A DNA stretch of 63,079 nt, filler included, from Chrysochromulina tobinii (Eukaryota), in NCBI GenBank assembly GCA_001275005.1. It is 5 parts of 5 records of this genome, joined end to end, with 100 filler letters (N's around TTAATTAATTAA, not from the genome) between each part and the next. Parts side by side here need not be neighbours in the genome. Positions count along the whole stretch, not along the records: positions 37,076 to 48,438 come from JWZX01000069.1; positions 48,539 to 60,892 come from JWZX01000070.1; 3 more parts are not named here. One strand, written 5' to 3'. Every line of letters starts with the position of its first letter. Within the stretch, counting starts at the first letter, position 1. The position numbers and the translations under genes were made by a program. Under the pieces are notes generated by a model. That model was given only the letters and a program-made list of their open reading frames with translations, did no database searches and was not told where the DNA came from. This document shows positions 43,778 through 54,770 of this stretch, in pieces.

Positions 43778-44031
43778 CTTTGTTCTATGCGTAAATCCGG
43801 ACTTCCGGACGACGCGAAGGCGACTTCAGAAAACACGCGGGTCAACGGGTTCTCACATAGGATAACGCATGCGTACTGTACGTCACAGGAACTTTGGATC
43901 TGCATGCTTCGCACACCTTTTCCGTCTCCCCACACGTCCACACGTGTATGTGTGAATATGAATTGTATTGTCTTCACAGCTGTGCTGCTTACGTGTTGTG
44001 TGTATTAATATGAATATGAACGTGCCGCGAA

Positions 44032-45378
44032 ATGGACCTCATGAACATGATGGATGAGTTCATGAACGTCAGCATGGGCACATCTCGCTATGCTTCAACT
44101 CCTTGGCTAAAGCTACGTTTGGCACTGCTCGAGATGAACGACACACAATCCCGTGCAGATGATGCTTCGCGCATTTCCCATTCCTCAATCTTTGCTATCG
44201 CTGTTGCAGCTGCAGCAAAGCGAGCCGCAATACCCATGAATTTGCCTTATCATCAGACGACACAGGAGCACCTTTTTGCGCAGCTTCGTGCAACGGTGTG
44301 GTCGAATGATCGTAGTCGCATCATGGTCGATTTGGGAAGTCACGCTGGCCACGGCCGCCATCACAATTTATCGGATGCGATGATTTGGCTGCATTTCTTT
44401 AATCACAGCGGGCGTGTATTCGCGGTGGATGCTTTCGAGGACTTCGCCCTTGATTTGCAGCAGCGGTTCGACATGGTGCCACCCTACAGCAGCTCATCGC
44501 CAGCCGTGCGAAAGGAGTCGATCGTGGCTTCGCTCGCAGCAGTCGACAACACGAGCCGGGATATGTTCTGGCAGCTGAAACATCATGTCACGTGCTGCGC
44601 GGGCAACCATACTGTGCGGGCCTGGTGTGCATGGCCCACAAAAATGATCAATATTGATCATCTTTGTGGGATCACAATGCGGCGTATGTCGCTGCCATTC
44701 ACAGGCCAATCACGCCCGCTGCCGCCCTCCTCGTATCCACACGAATTCTATGAACGAGCGCGACTCGGACGGTACACCGGCAAAGAGTGGCCCCCTTATC
44801 GCGTACGGACGCTGCGCGTCGACACGATCTGGCGCGAGCATCTCCACGGTGCTCGTCTTGATTTCGTCAAGATCGACGTGGACACGAGCTGGAAGGACAT
44901 CGGCCTCGAAGGGATGTTTACGAATCGCGCCTTCTCGATGCTCGTGATCGAGCTGGACGCCTCGTGGGGCGGCCGGCTCTATTGGGGCGTGGGCCATGCG
45001 GATCAGCTCGCGTGGCTCGCAGCTCGCCATGGATACGACACGTACCTCAAGGTGCCGTGTCGCCGCCGGGGCGAGCTGGGCAGAAAGTTGCACCGCCGCT
45101 ACGGGGCAAGCAACGATGAGCGCCTCGATGAGCGCAGCGATGTTGACGCCTACAAGTTTTTGCAGCCAGATCTCAGTACCTGGTATCACAGGCTTCACGC
45201 AAACTCCGAGCGTCCGTTTATTCCCTCGGGCGTCACGCAAGCATCCCTCGGTTCAGTTCAGGATCTTCTGATTCTCGATGCATCCTTATCATGGGATAGG
45301 CTGTTGGCAGCCGCGCGAGAAGACTGTGTGGGGATTCCACCTTCTCCAGACGGGGTGCGCACACAGAGATCACCCTAA
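44032..45378 (+). CDS. Divergent FkbM-like methyltransferase
   Basis: MVDLGSHAG, VFAVDAF, VRTLRVDTIW...LDFVKIDVD and LVIELD. Confidence 0.65.
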   Translation: MDLMNMMDEFMNVSMGTSRYASTPWLKLRLALLEMNDTQSRADDASRISHSSIFAIAVAAAAKRAAIPMNLPYHQTTQEHLFAQLRATVWSNDRSRIMVDLGSHAGHGRHHNLSDAMIWLHFFNHSGRVFAVDAFEDFALDLQQRFDMVPPYSSSSPAVRKESIVASLAAVDNTSRDMFWQLKHHVTCCAGNHTVRAWCAWPTKMINIDHLCGITMRRMSLPFTGQSRPLPPSSYPHEFYERARLGRYTGKEWPPYRVRTLRVDTIWREHLHGARLDFVKIDVDTSWKDIGLEGMFTNRAFSMLVIELDASWGGRLYWGVGHADQLAWLAARHGYDTYLKVPCRRRGELGRKLHRRYGASNDERLDERSDVDAYKFLQPDLSTWYHRLHANSERPFIPSGVTQASLGSVQDLLILDASLSWDRLLAAAREDCVGIPPSPDGVRTQRSP

Positions 45379-45707
45379 CGCTGGGCTAGGGGAGGAGGGG
45401 ACACCGCACAGGGGAGGTTGCTTTGAGAACCTGGTCGATCCAAGTACGAGTTGTCGAATACCAAACCGAACCGGGAAATCGTTTTCAGAACCCTCGTCCG
45501 TTCAAAAGACACGCCAGCACCTTCGCACGCGAGGCCCGGCCACACGCACCATGACACGCACACACACACAATCATGTACTCGACTCGTCCTCTTGTGTAA
45601 CGAATGACACGGATCCAGCACGCAACTCAGATTACGTTTTCGTTCGAAGGGCGCCCCGTCTTGGCCAGACACTGCGCACGGGCGAGCGGCGCATACAAAA
45701 CATGGGT

Positions 45708-45741
45708 TCAACAGTGCATTGCTCGCGACACAGTTCGCGCG

Positions 45742-45795
<54 letters not shown>

Positions 45796-48438
45796 TCATC
45801 TTCGTCGTCGTCGTCGTCGCCGTCGTCTTCGTCGTCCCCTCCTGTCGACGATGCCCTGACCAGGTCCGTGCCACCGAGGGCCGCTGTGCGGTAGGAATTC
45901 GTCCCCCCCGTCCTATCCCACTTGACCTTAATCCATCCATTCTCGTCGATCTTGAGGACAGTGCCGAGGCCGCCCACCCCGCCGTCCTGGTCGCTCCATT
46001 GCCAGTCCGGACCACGCCTGACGCGATCGCCTGCAGTGAGGGGCCCACCACCGCTGCCACCACCGCTGCCACCACCACCGCTCCGCCCGCCCACGGCCCT
46101 ATCGAAGAGCTTCTCGAGCCCCGCCTCCTCCTCAAGCGCCGCGTCCCTGACGAGCCGCTTCTTCTTCAGCCGGCGTGCAGCGTCCTCCTCCTTCTCGCGC
46201 GGGTTGACGTACTCATCCTCCTCCGGCTCGTCCTCACTCGCGTCCGTTGCCATCGATGCGCTGCGCTGTGGCATCAGCGGCATCGCCTCCGCCTCCGCCG
46301 CCGCCGCCTCCGCCTCCGCCGCCTCGGCCTCAGCCGCTCCCGCCACTTCGAGAGAAAGCTCTTCCAGAGCCACGAGAAGTGCCTTGGACTGCTCCGTCTC
46401 GTGAGCACGCAGCAGCTCTACCGGCGATTCGGCCGCCTCGGACCGGTCGTATGGGTCCGCGCCTGCTTCGACGAGGACGCGCGCAACGGCCTCGTGCCCC
46501 TTGACGCACGCGACGTGCAGCGCCGTGTGCTTCTTGGACGCACTCGCCGTGTGCAGCTGGGCACCCGCCTCGAGAAGCAGCCTGCAGATCTTGGGCTGGT
46601 CCGCCGCCGCCGCCGCATGCAGCGCGGAGCATCCGCTGCTCGAGCCCACGCGCGAGGCTCGCGCCCCAGCGCCGAGCAGCGCACTCACCATCTCCTCATG
46701 CCCCACGAACGCGGCCATGTGGAGCAGCGTGTCGCCATAGGGCGGGCTCGACTCATCCACGTCCGCCAGCTGGTGGCTGCGAGGCTCGCGCTTGCGCCAT
46801 CGCGCGCACAGCGCGATCTCGTGCGATCGGAGCGCCCCCAGCCGCTCGGCAACCTGCTCAGCGTCGCGCTCGTAGAGCGCCACCCAGAGGGGCGGAGCGA
46901 GGCGCGATTCGATCCTGGACAGCTGGGCGGTAACGCACGCGGCCACGGCGTTTGGCGTGAGGAAGGGCTTCGCCCTGTGCGCCTCACGCAAGAACAAACG
47001 GAGCGGCCCAGGCGCCGATGAAATCGCGTCACGGATGAGAAGAGACAGCAGCGCTGTGTGCTCCTTCTTTACCTCTTCAGCGTCGAGGACGCGCCCGTGC
47101 ACCGTAATCGAGCGCACCTGAGACACGACCGCCTCATCCATGATCTGAAGCAGCTGCTCTTCGCGAACGGCCTCCTCCGTGAAGAAGCAAGCGAGACGCG
47201 ACTGCAGCGCGAACGGACCGTCCTTGACCATCTCCTTGCTCTTCACCTCGCCCGTGCGCTCACCGTCGACATACGTGCACATCGTCCCGCTCACTGTGTC
47301 AACCGTCGCTGTGAGCGTGTGCCATTGGTTGTGGCGGATCGTCGGGCCGTTGCACGCCTCCTCCTCGCCGCCCTCAAAGACCATGTACTGGCCGCTCTCG
47401 TCCTCCTCAGACCCGAGCATGATCTCGGTCAGGCAAGGTTCGGAGGAATCGCCGCCCTCTGCCGCACCGACGGGCTTCACCTTGGGCGAGAGGTCGTCCC
47501 ATCCCCCCGTGGCCAGGTAGCCACGTGGCAGCAGCGTCTCCGTCGGGTCGCTAAAGTAATTCGTCCACGCACCGGTGCCGCTGTGTGTGAAGCGCGCCTG
47601 CATCGTGAGCGTGTACAGGTTCACCCCCTTCGCCTGGTCGCCGCCGTTGCGCCGGATCGGTGGCTGAAGCACGAGGTAGCACGCGCCGCTCAGCGAAGCG
47701 CATGGCACCGTGCACAACCCTCGCTTGCCGACTTGTTGGAACTTCCACTTGCCCACGCCGCCGCCGCCGCTCAAATGGCGGACCTCCATGCGCAACGGCG
47801 CGCCCTCCTGCGTCTCCGCCTTGCCACGAGTGAAGTCGTAGAAGATGCAGCTCGCCAGCCTCTTCGGGTTGGCCCAGCCGTCGTCGCGCGCCTGCTGGAT
47901 CCATTCGAACTCGGCAGACATCATGCCGTCGTTGAGGCGTTGCTTCGCTTGCTCGTAGAGGCGACGCTCCCCCTCCTCGATCTCGGCCGTCGCGCGCTGA
48001 CGCGCCGACTTGAGCGCCTCGTACTGCGCCGCGAGCTCCGCCTCACCACGTGGCACCACAGGGCCCGAGGCCTGTCGGGAGGGCATGAGCGGCATGCCGT
48101 GGACCTTAGTCGGCTTGGAAGGCCTGAGCACCGGGGCCTTGGTGGAGGCCTTGGAGCCATGCTCGGAGGAGTCCGCGCGGCTCGGCTCGCCGTCCGTGTC
48201 CACGATCTCAAAGGGCTCCTCTGCCGGCTGCCCAGGCTGCCCCTCGACCTCCTCCTCGGCCTTGGGGTAGAGCACTTCGTAGAATTGCTCGTACAAGATG
48301 CGCCCCTCGGCCGAGATGGCGCTCACAAACTCGACCACGTCTTGCGGCGACGCCTTGATGCATAGGTAGTCGAGCGCCCCCCACACTTCGCTAAAGGAGA
48401 GAGAGCCGTCGTCGTTCGCGTCGAACTTGTTGAATGCG
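45708..48438 (-). CDS. 5'-partial multidomain protein: EF-hand, LamG/concanavalin-like domain, ankyrin repeats, MIB/HERC2 domain
   Basis: AFNKFDANDDGSLSFSEV at the contig edge; QWHTLTATVD...CTYVDG; GDTLLHMAA, GCSALHAAA, HTALHVAC; GDRVRRGPDWQWSDQDGG...VKWD...NSYR...DL. Confidence 0.85.
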
Positions 48439-48538
48439 NNNNNNNNNNNNNNNNNNNNNNNNNNNNNNNNNNNNNNNNNNNNTTAATTAATTAANNNNNN
48501 NNNNNNNNNNNNNNNNNNNNNNNNNNNNNNNNNNNNNN
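48439..48538. other. Artificial contig linker
   Basis: N/TTAATTAATTAA/N, 100 nt. Confidence 0.99.
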
Positions 48539-48777
48539 ACGCCGCCATCGACCTGGTGTACTCGGAGAAGGTCATCACCGAAGCCAAAGCCTTTGCCGGC
48601 GCACCGGGAGATTTCAAGGGGATTCTATACATCCTGGTGACGGACATCGACAACAATGATTTCGCTAAGGACGAGTTCAATCGGGACGAGGGTACACCGT
48701 ATTTTATCGATCTGGTCAACGAGGCGCAACTCAAGGTGCGCGTTGAGGCGTTGTACAAGTTTGTGAACGAGACCTGA
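48539..48777 (+). CDS. 3' fragment of an unknown protein
   Basis: Open from the contig edge to TGA at 48777 with globular-looking sequence (AAIDLVYSEKVITEAKAF...YKFVNET); visibly less GC-rich than neighbouring genes. Confidence 0.5.
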
Positions 48778-49136
48778 ACAGAGAACTCACTGTACTGACA
48801 ACGCTTATCACGTGATGCGGTAGTCCCGAATCCCGAGGTAGCGGACTGTACCCCGTAACAGCCAACACGAGCCCTCAGCGCTCAAGAGGGGTCACACACG
48901 GGTCAGGGCGAGGGGCGGGCCTGCGCACCTGACGCGCGACGGCGCGCGCAAAGGCGCATCCCTGTGGCGCTGGCCTCTCAGGTTGCAGTCGCTTTCAGCG
49001 AGGGCATCGTGGTTATCGACGTCCTCGGGGTGTTGTTATGGATGAAAACAAACAATTCTTTGCTGTGGTATTCTAACTTTAATTGGTCCAACGTGGGACG
49101 CACCGCTCACCGCACAGGGCGGGGCCCGCGGCGGGC

Positions 49137-49212
49137 GCCGAATCTTTGCCCGATGAGCTCTGATGAGCTCCGGGCCGAATCTTTGCCCGATGAGCTCCGA
49201 TGAGCTCCGATG
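49137..49212. repeat. Short 10-bp-period minisatellite (GATGAGCTCC) within a tandem duplication
   Basis: GCCGAATCTTTGCCCGATGAGCTC occurs twice, with additional GATGAGCTCC units. Confidence 0.85.
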
Positions 49213-49316
49213 GGTCACAATGTTGACATCTGAGTCGCGACAGCGACTTGGGATGGCGTGCTTCTCTGTGTTGATTTCACTGGAAAACTGGAGTTTGCGC
49301 CGCGCCGCCACGGTTC

Positions 49317-50129
49317 TCACCTCTTGATATTGTAGCCGTCCGCGTAGCCCGAGTACAGGAAGTTGGCGTTGCTCAGCATCTCGATCGTCTCGGGTGTCTT
49401 CTCCTGCTCGTTCACCTCCGCCAGGATCGCTCGGAACGAGTCGGCGTCCTCCTTGCACCATTTGATCAAGCTCACCATGGCGGCCTCGCGCACGCGCGTG
49501 CTGACGAGGCCACGTCGCGTCGCATCGCGCAGGATGGCAAGCGCGCCGGGTAGGCCCTCGCCATTCGACGCGCACGCACGGAAGAGCTCATCGAGCATTG
49601 TCTCCCGCACCTCGCACTGCTGCGCGACGACGTCCTCCCACACGTGGCGCGCGGACGACGGGTCCTCTCGGAGCACCTCACAAAGCACCTCGCCCAGGCT
49701 CTTATGGCGCACGCCACTCGCGTCTTTCACCGTGGATGTTCGCCGCTTGCGTGGCTTCGCGCCGCCCCCGCGAGCTGCAGCACTGGGGGCAGTCGTACGC
49801 CCAGCGCCGAGGGCCGCATCCGCCTCCAGCTCGTCCAGGACGGCCTCGAAAGCGGCCGACACGGCCACGAACGATGCGTGCGCCGCTTCCGCGTCCACAC
49901 CCTCCTGCTGCAGCACGATGTCAGGATGCATCGTCCTCGCGAGAAGGTAGAACCGTGCCTTGACCTCCTTTTGTGGTGCACCACGCGCAATGCCCAAAAC
50001 GGCATAAGGGCACTCGGAAGAAGAAGCTGCCGCGCTGAGAGAGCGCGAGATGATTGGAGTTGAGCGCGTGGCAGTGTATCTCAAAGACGCCGTGTGCACG
50101 CAAAGGAGCCGACCGATCGCCAACTCCAT
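49317..50129 (-). CDS. DnaJ-domain protein with a probable organellar transit peptide
   Basis: CPYAVLGIARGAPQKEVKARFYLLARTMHPD (HPD motif) after an Arg/Ser/Thr-rich N-terminus. Confidence 0.85.
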   Translation of the reverse strand: MELAIGRLLCVHTASLRYTATRSTPIISRSLSAAASSSECPYAVLGIARGAPQKEVKARFYLLARTMHPDIVLQQEGVDAEAAHASFVAVSAAFEAVLDELEADAALGAGRTTAPSAAARGGGAKPRKRRTSTVKDASGVRHKSLGEVLCEVLREDPSSARHVWEDVVAQQCEVRETMLDELFRACASNGEGLPGALAILRDATRRGLVSTRVREAAMVSLIKWCKEDADSFRAILAEVNEQEKTPETIEMLSNANFLYSGYADGYNIKR

Positions 50130-50632
50130 CGGAAGACACCCGGAACGAGTTTAGTCATGTTCTCACATTCCATTCTATTCTAACACCCGAACGCGATTGA
50201 CATGCGAGTGCATGACCCAGAGGTGTGACCCCATTCCACCATGACTCCATGAGGAAAAAGGGGCTGCAAGGAAGCCTAGACCCAGTCCGCTCGTTTTTTC
50301 GTATAGACAGATACGTGTCCTTCTGTGTTCTGACGATCACACTCCATTGTCGGTTCGTCCGTCAGACGAGAAGGACCAAAGGCGACTTCGTAGTGTAAAT
50401 CGAGTGGTTAAGGCGACCGACGAGCGACGTGGACGCGGTCGACGCGCACGGGTCCGGATCGGATGCGGCCAAATGGCGGCGGAGTGCCGCGCCTCCGCTC
50501 GCGTCTCGGCGGAGCGCCGCGCGCGTGGCTGAGCCTCTCGTGATAGAGCGCGCGCTCTCAGGTCCAACATCTTCCTGTTCAGATCCCTTTTTCGAGTGGC
50601 TACGACACACAAACGTCGCCAGTTCCTGTTCT

Positions 50633-51151
50633 TCACCATCCACGATCGACGAGGCCCGCCGTCTCCATCTCGCACCGGATCCGATCCGCCTCCTGCTCCA
50701 AACTGGGCATGGGCTCGCCCCTCAACAACGCCCTCACGGCGCGCACGATCCATCGGGCGCGCGCAGCGAGCTCCGCGAAGGCGACGCGCAGGCTGCGCGC
50801 GATCGGGTGCAGCACATCCGCAACCACGAGGGCGGCGAGCACCGCAGCGGCCGCGGTCAGCAGGTCACTCAAACCCTCACCCACAAGGCTGTACAGGCAG
50901 CCGCGCACAAAGAAGGCGAGGAGCGCCGCGCCCACGAGCACATGCCACATGGAGGGCCACGCCGCCGTGCCGCTGCTCGTGGCGGACGCAGGTGGCGGCA
51001 TGCGCCGGCTGCCCGGCCGCCTTGCCCGCTTGGCCTCGCGTGCAGGCTTGTCGGGTGGCGTCGCGGAAAGCTCACGTCGAGCCGTCATTTGCGACGGCGG
51101 CGTCGACGACGATGAGGATTCGATCAGAGGCGGTGGTGAAGACGCCGCCAT
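50633..51151 (-). CDS. Small hypothetical membrane protein
   Basis: ATG 51151 in CACCATGG context; hydrophobic helices VLVGAALLAFFV and LLTAAAAVLAALVVADVL. Confidence 0.5.
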   Translation of the reverse strand: MAASSPPPLIESSSSSTPPSQMTARRELSATPPDKPAREAKRARRPGSRRMPPPASATSSGTAAWPSMWHVLVGAALLAFFVRGCLYSLVGEGLSDLLTAAAAVLAALVVADVLHPIARSLRVAFAELAARARWIVRAVRALLRGEPMPSLEQEADRIRCEMETAGLVDRGW

Positions 51152-51410
51152 GGTGAGCGCGGCGAGGTTCACAAACGGAGGCGGCGGCAGAGAGGGCGGG
51201 AGCTCGTGCAGCGCAACTCTTGAGTTGTCGCCGCGGACACCGTCAAACTTTGCACCGCTGGTACCCACTGTGTTTCGTACCACGGATGCTGCAACAATCA
51301 AGCCCGCTGGCATTCCTTATTGCTCTCGGAGCCAAACGAGCGACCGGGTTCGGAGGGTTGTGCTGGGTTCGGCATGCAGAACTTGTTAGGTTTCTGTGCA
51401 TGGTTTCTAA

Positions 51411-51495
51411 ACATGTTCCGGTAAAAAGACACCGGGGGAGTCGGGACACACATGTTCCGGTAAAAAGACACCGGGGTGAGCCGGGACACACACGA
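51411..51495 (+). repeat. Two tandem copies of a 39-bp dispersed element
   Basis: ACATGTTCCGGTAAAAAGACACCGGGG(G/TG)AGYCGGGACAC twice; an inverted copy lies at 59241-59279. Confidence 0.9.
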
Positions 51496-52201
51496 AACAC
51501 CGGTACACACTTCCAAATTGTTCTGTATTAAGTTGTGAATGATGGTGATTCTTCTTCACTTAACTTTGCTCTCCCCCCGAACGGCCGTTCACCGTACGTT
51601 CTACACATTTGTAATGCCTTAGGAGTGGGTTTGCGGCTGGCGCCACCCCCTCCGTAGTAAGAGACCCAGCACCATCGCGTTTACACGAGAGATGTGTGTA
51701 ATTTGCGATCTGAAATCCTGCTACCCCCCAGCCGCGCAACAGTGCGACAGATCGGGGAGATCGCAGATCTTCTCCGCAGCATGCAACACACACATGGCAT
51801 ATCTCGCGTTCATACTATGTTACCATATTCCGCGCACGGTTTCACGTTCGCATGGACCACAATGCGGAGATGTGCACATGGCCATAATATGTGCAAGGCC
51901 CCGCATCCATGGCAGCGTCGGGTCGGCATGCGCGACACGAGAGCATGCGTTCACACAGAGAGATGGCATGGAACATGGATGACTGTACACATGCGATACC
52001 ACGGGCACCACAGTATCATCACAGAGTAAGGGTAATACTAGGGAAAGGTACGCTGGTTCCAGGCTGGTTCAATCGGTTTGAAGGTAAGTGGGTTGTGCAT
52101 GCGCCAGGGTGTGGGCTCGGTGCCTTTCCGTGCTCTGCTCTCTGCCTCTCTCCGCTCCGCCTCTCGGCCTCTCTGCCTCTTTCCGCTCCAGCTCGCTGCT
52201 C

Positions 52202-53795
52202 TCACACCTCCACGGAAAACGCATGTGGCGGGTGTGCCTCACTGCCGTCCTCGACGCGGCCTCCAAAGCCGTGGCTCGCCTGGCGCGCAAAGGCCGTCAA
52301 CGCGGCCGCATGGAGTGCCGGGCAGTCGAGGTCCATCGGACTCTGAGGCTGGGCGGCGGCAGCGCTATACATGGCAGCGGAGCCAGCGACGCCGTTGCCG
52401 TTGCATCCGTTGCCGTTGCCGTTGCCGTTGCATGCTCCGCCGCGCCATGAGTCCGCCGCTGCCGGCGATCTGCTCCGATCTCCCATCGGCGCCTCCCCCC
52501 CCCTTGATGCCAACCCGCCGCCGCGGCTGGCCTGGCGTGAGGCACTCAGCAGTAGCGACGCCGCCGCGCTGCCGCGGCTCGCCTCGCGTGACGCGCTGAG
52601 CAGCGAAGCCAGACCGCCACCGCCCTCTCGGCCGCCCCCGCCCCTACCACTGCCGCGCTCTCCGCTGTCGCCCAGACACGCCTCCGGTGGGCGCAAGCGC
52701 GACGGGGTGGTGCTGTGCGCAGACGCCGGCGGATGCACCCACGCGGCGGATGCACCGTGAAGTGGATGTGAAGGGTGCATCCGCCGCACATCCACTTCAC
52801 CCGGCGGATGCACCCACGCGGCGCCGGCGCCGGCCGTCGGCGGCTGCTGCTGCTCGTGCTGCTGCTGCTCGTGCTCCTGCTGCAGTTGAAGCTGCTGCTG
52901 CTGCGAGATGTGGCTCTGCGTCAGGTGGAAGCGCAGCTGATGGTACGGCAGCTGATCGAGCAGGTGCAGGCGCGGCAGCGGGTAGGCAAAGTCTGCCGGC
53001 ACGAGCTTGCGTTGTAGTGAGCGCAGATCGCAAGGGTCGAGCGCCTGCGGACCTTCGCCGATGCCACTCGGAGTCGGAAGGGGCGGCGGCATCACCCGGG
53101 GATGCATGGGCCCGGTGCTGCCGCCACGGCCACCCTCGCGAGAGGAGCCGGGCTCGGCGGAGGCATCGGAGAGCCCCCGGGTGATCGGATAGCCCCCGGC
53201 CATGCTGTCCTCATCGAAGTCCTCGTCCCACCCGTCCACATCGGTCCCGTACGTTCGGCTATCCCGGGAGGAGGAGAGGAGGAGCAGGGCCGCGCTCCTC
53301 TCGGTGGGTAAGCTCTCGTCACGCGAGGCCGCCGCGTCCTCGCGTGACAGGCGCCGGTCGCGACTATACGTACGCTGTGCCCACAGGTTGCTGCCCGCGC
53401 TCACATTCCCACAGCTCCCATTCCCACACATCGCACTGCTCAGTTGGACCGCGACGACACCGGAAGACGCGATGTGGGGAGCACCGTCCTCGGAGAGTGA
53501 GCGCATGCTCGCGGCGCACCGGTCTACTGCGGCGTGTGCGGCCGCCCGTCGCAGCAGCGTCCGCCGCCGCCGCCGCCCCCCCCGCGCGCGCCTCGGAGTT
53601 GTTCTCGATGGCGCTGAATTGCTGTGCAGCACGCTGTAGGTGAAGCGTCTCGTGTGCAGAAGGATCGCCCTCGCCGGGCGAGCTGCCCGCGTCCGTCGTG
53701 GCGTACGATGCCACCACGGACGATGCCACCACGCCACTCGTGTGCGCCGGCCTGCCCTCCACTTCGTCGTAGCCGACAGGGCGGCGGCCACCGAT

Positions 53796-53832
<37 letters not shown>

Positions 53833-54326
53833 TCGCCGTTACCGTTCGCGTGGCTGTGCGCGATGGCGTGCGCGAATTGCGAGCCGCCGCCGCCCGCACC
53901 ACGGCGTGCATTCTCCGGCTGGGGCAGCGACGAGCCACCGCTCGCCTTGCGCTCGATGGCGCGCCGGTTCTGGAACCACACCTGCACTTGCCGGGGCGAC
54001 GCGCCAAGGGCTTCGCTGAGCCGCTGACGCAGCAGCCGGTTGGGGTAAGCGTCGCGCTGGTAGACGCTCTCGAGCACACCGAGCGTGTGCGCATCGATCT
54101 GCCACCGTCCGCGCTGCGAAGCTCGCTGCGACTTAATATAATCTGCGGTGGTGAGGCCGAGGCCGGACGGCGCGCCGCCGTCGGCATCACTGCAGTAGGC
54201 GCCCATGGACGCGGACGGCATCTCAGTCAGAGCTTTGGCGACGTCAGCGGCGCAGGGGTGCTCCATCATGGCGGAGACGTCTCCGGTCGCCGCGAGGAGG
54301 CGCATCCCCTCCCCTCGCTCGGCCAT
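52202..54326 (-). CDS. Homeodomain transcription factor; C-terminal part in a second frame (possible intron 53375-53519, otherwise the gene ends at 53364)
   Basis: RGRWQIDAHTLGVLESVYQRDAYPNRLLRQRLSEALGASPRQVQVWFQNRRAIERK. The downstream frame looks coding (acidic and poly-Q tracts), and CCG|GTGCGC...GCACAG|CGT would join the two frames. Confidence 0.75.
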
Positions 54327-54770
54327 GGCGCGCACCTCGGGAAGGAGGGAACCTTCATCAAGCGCGTTAATTCGAAGTAATGAAGAGGGATCGGACGCTC
54401 GCTTTTTCCTCAACGAGATTTCCGATTGGCCAAATAATTAGTCCTGCGTGGTCGTGGGCGTTTTCGTCCGCGTCACGTCTCGCGAGAGGACGGTGATGTA
54501 CGGGTCTCTGTCCCCAATCTTTTTCAAAATGAGGTGCACGCTTTCGCGCGCCGCGCGCGCGCGCGCCCCATTGGCCGTCTCTTGTCCCGTGTCCCGTCTC
54601 TTAATACACACACCTTACGTGTCCCGGCTCCACCATTGTTTTTGAACCAGAACTAGTACAGTGCGGTACAGTGCAGTACGGAACCGGTCATAAGCGCGCG
54701 TCGCGCGGAAATCTCTCTGTGAAAGTGATCGGTGTCTTCGATCGCGCCGCTTCTACTATTGTACACAGTC

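Noticed and set aside
12190..48438. Apparent Ca2+-signalling gene cluster (EF-hand/XK, IQM, Sfi1-like, C2 channel, EF-hand/MIB)
   Set aside because: The genes lie on three separately assembled contigs, so their adjacency here is not evidence of clustering.
49150..49212. CTGATGAG resembling a hammerhead ribozyme core
   Set aside because: No correctly placed GAAA or stems; it is a variant unit of the GATGAGCTCC minisatellite.
51411..51495. CRISPR-like 39-bp repeats (also the repeats at 57216-57346)
   Set aside because: Copies are directly adjacent without unique spacers, there are no cas genes, and the context is eukaryotic.
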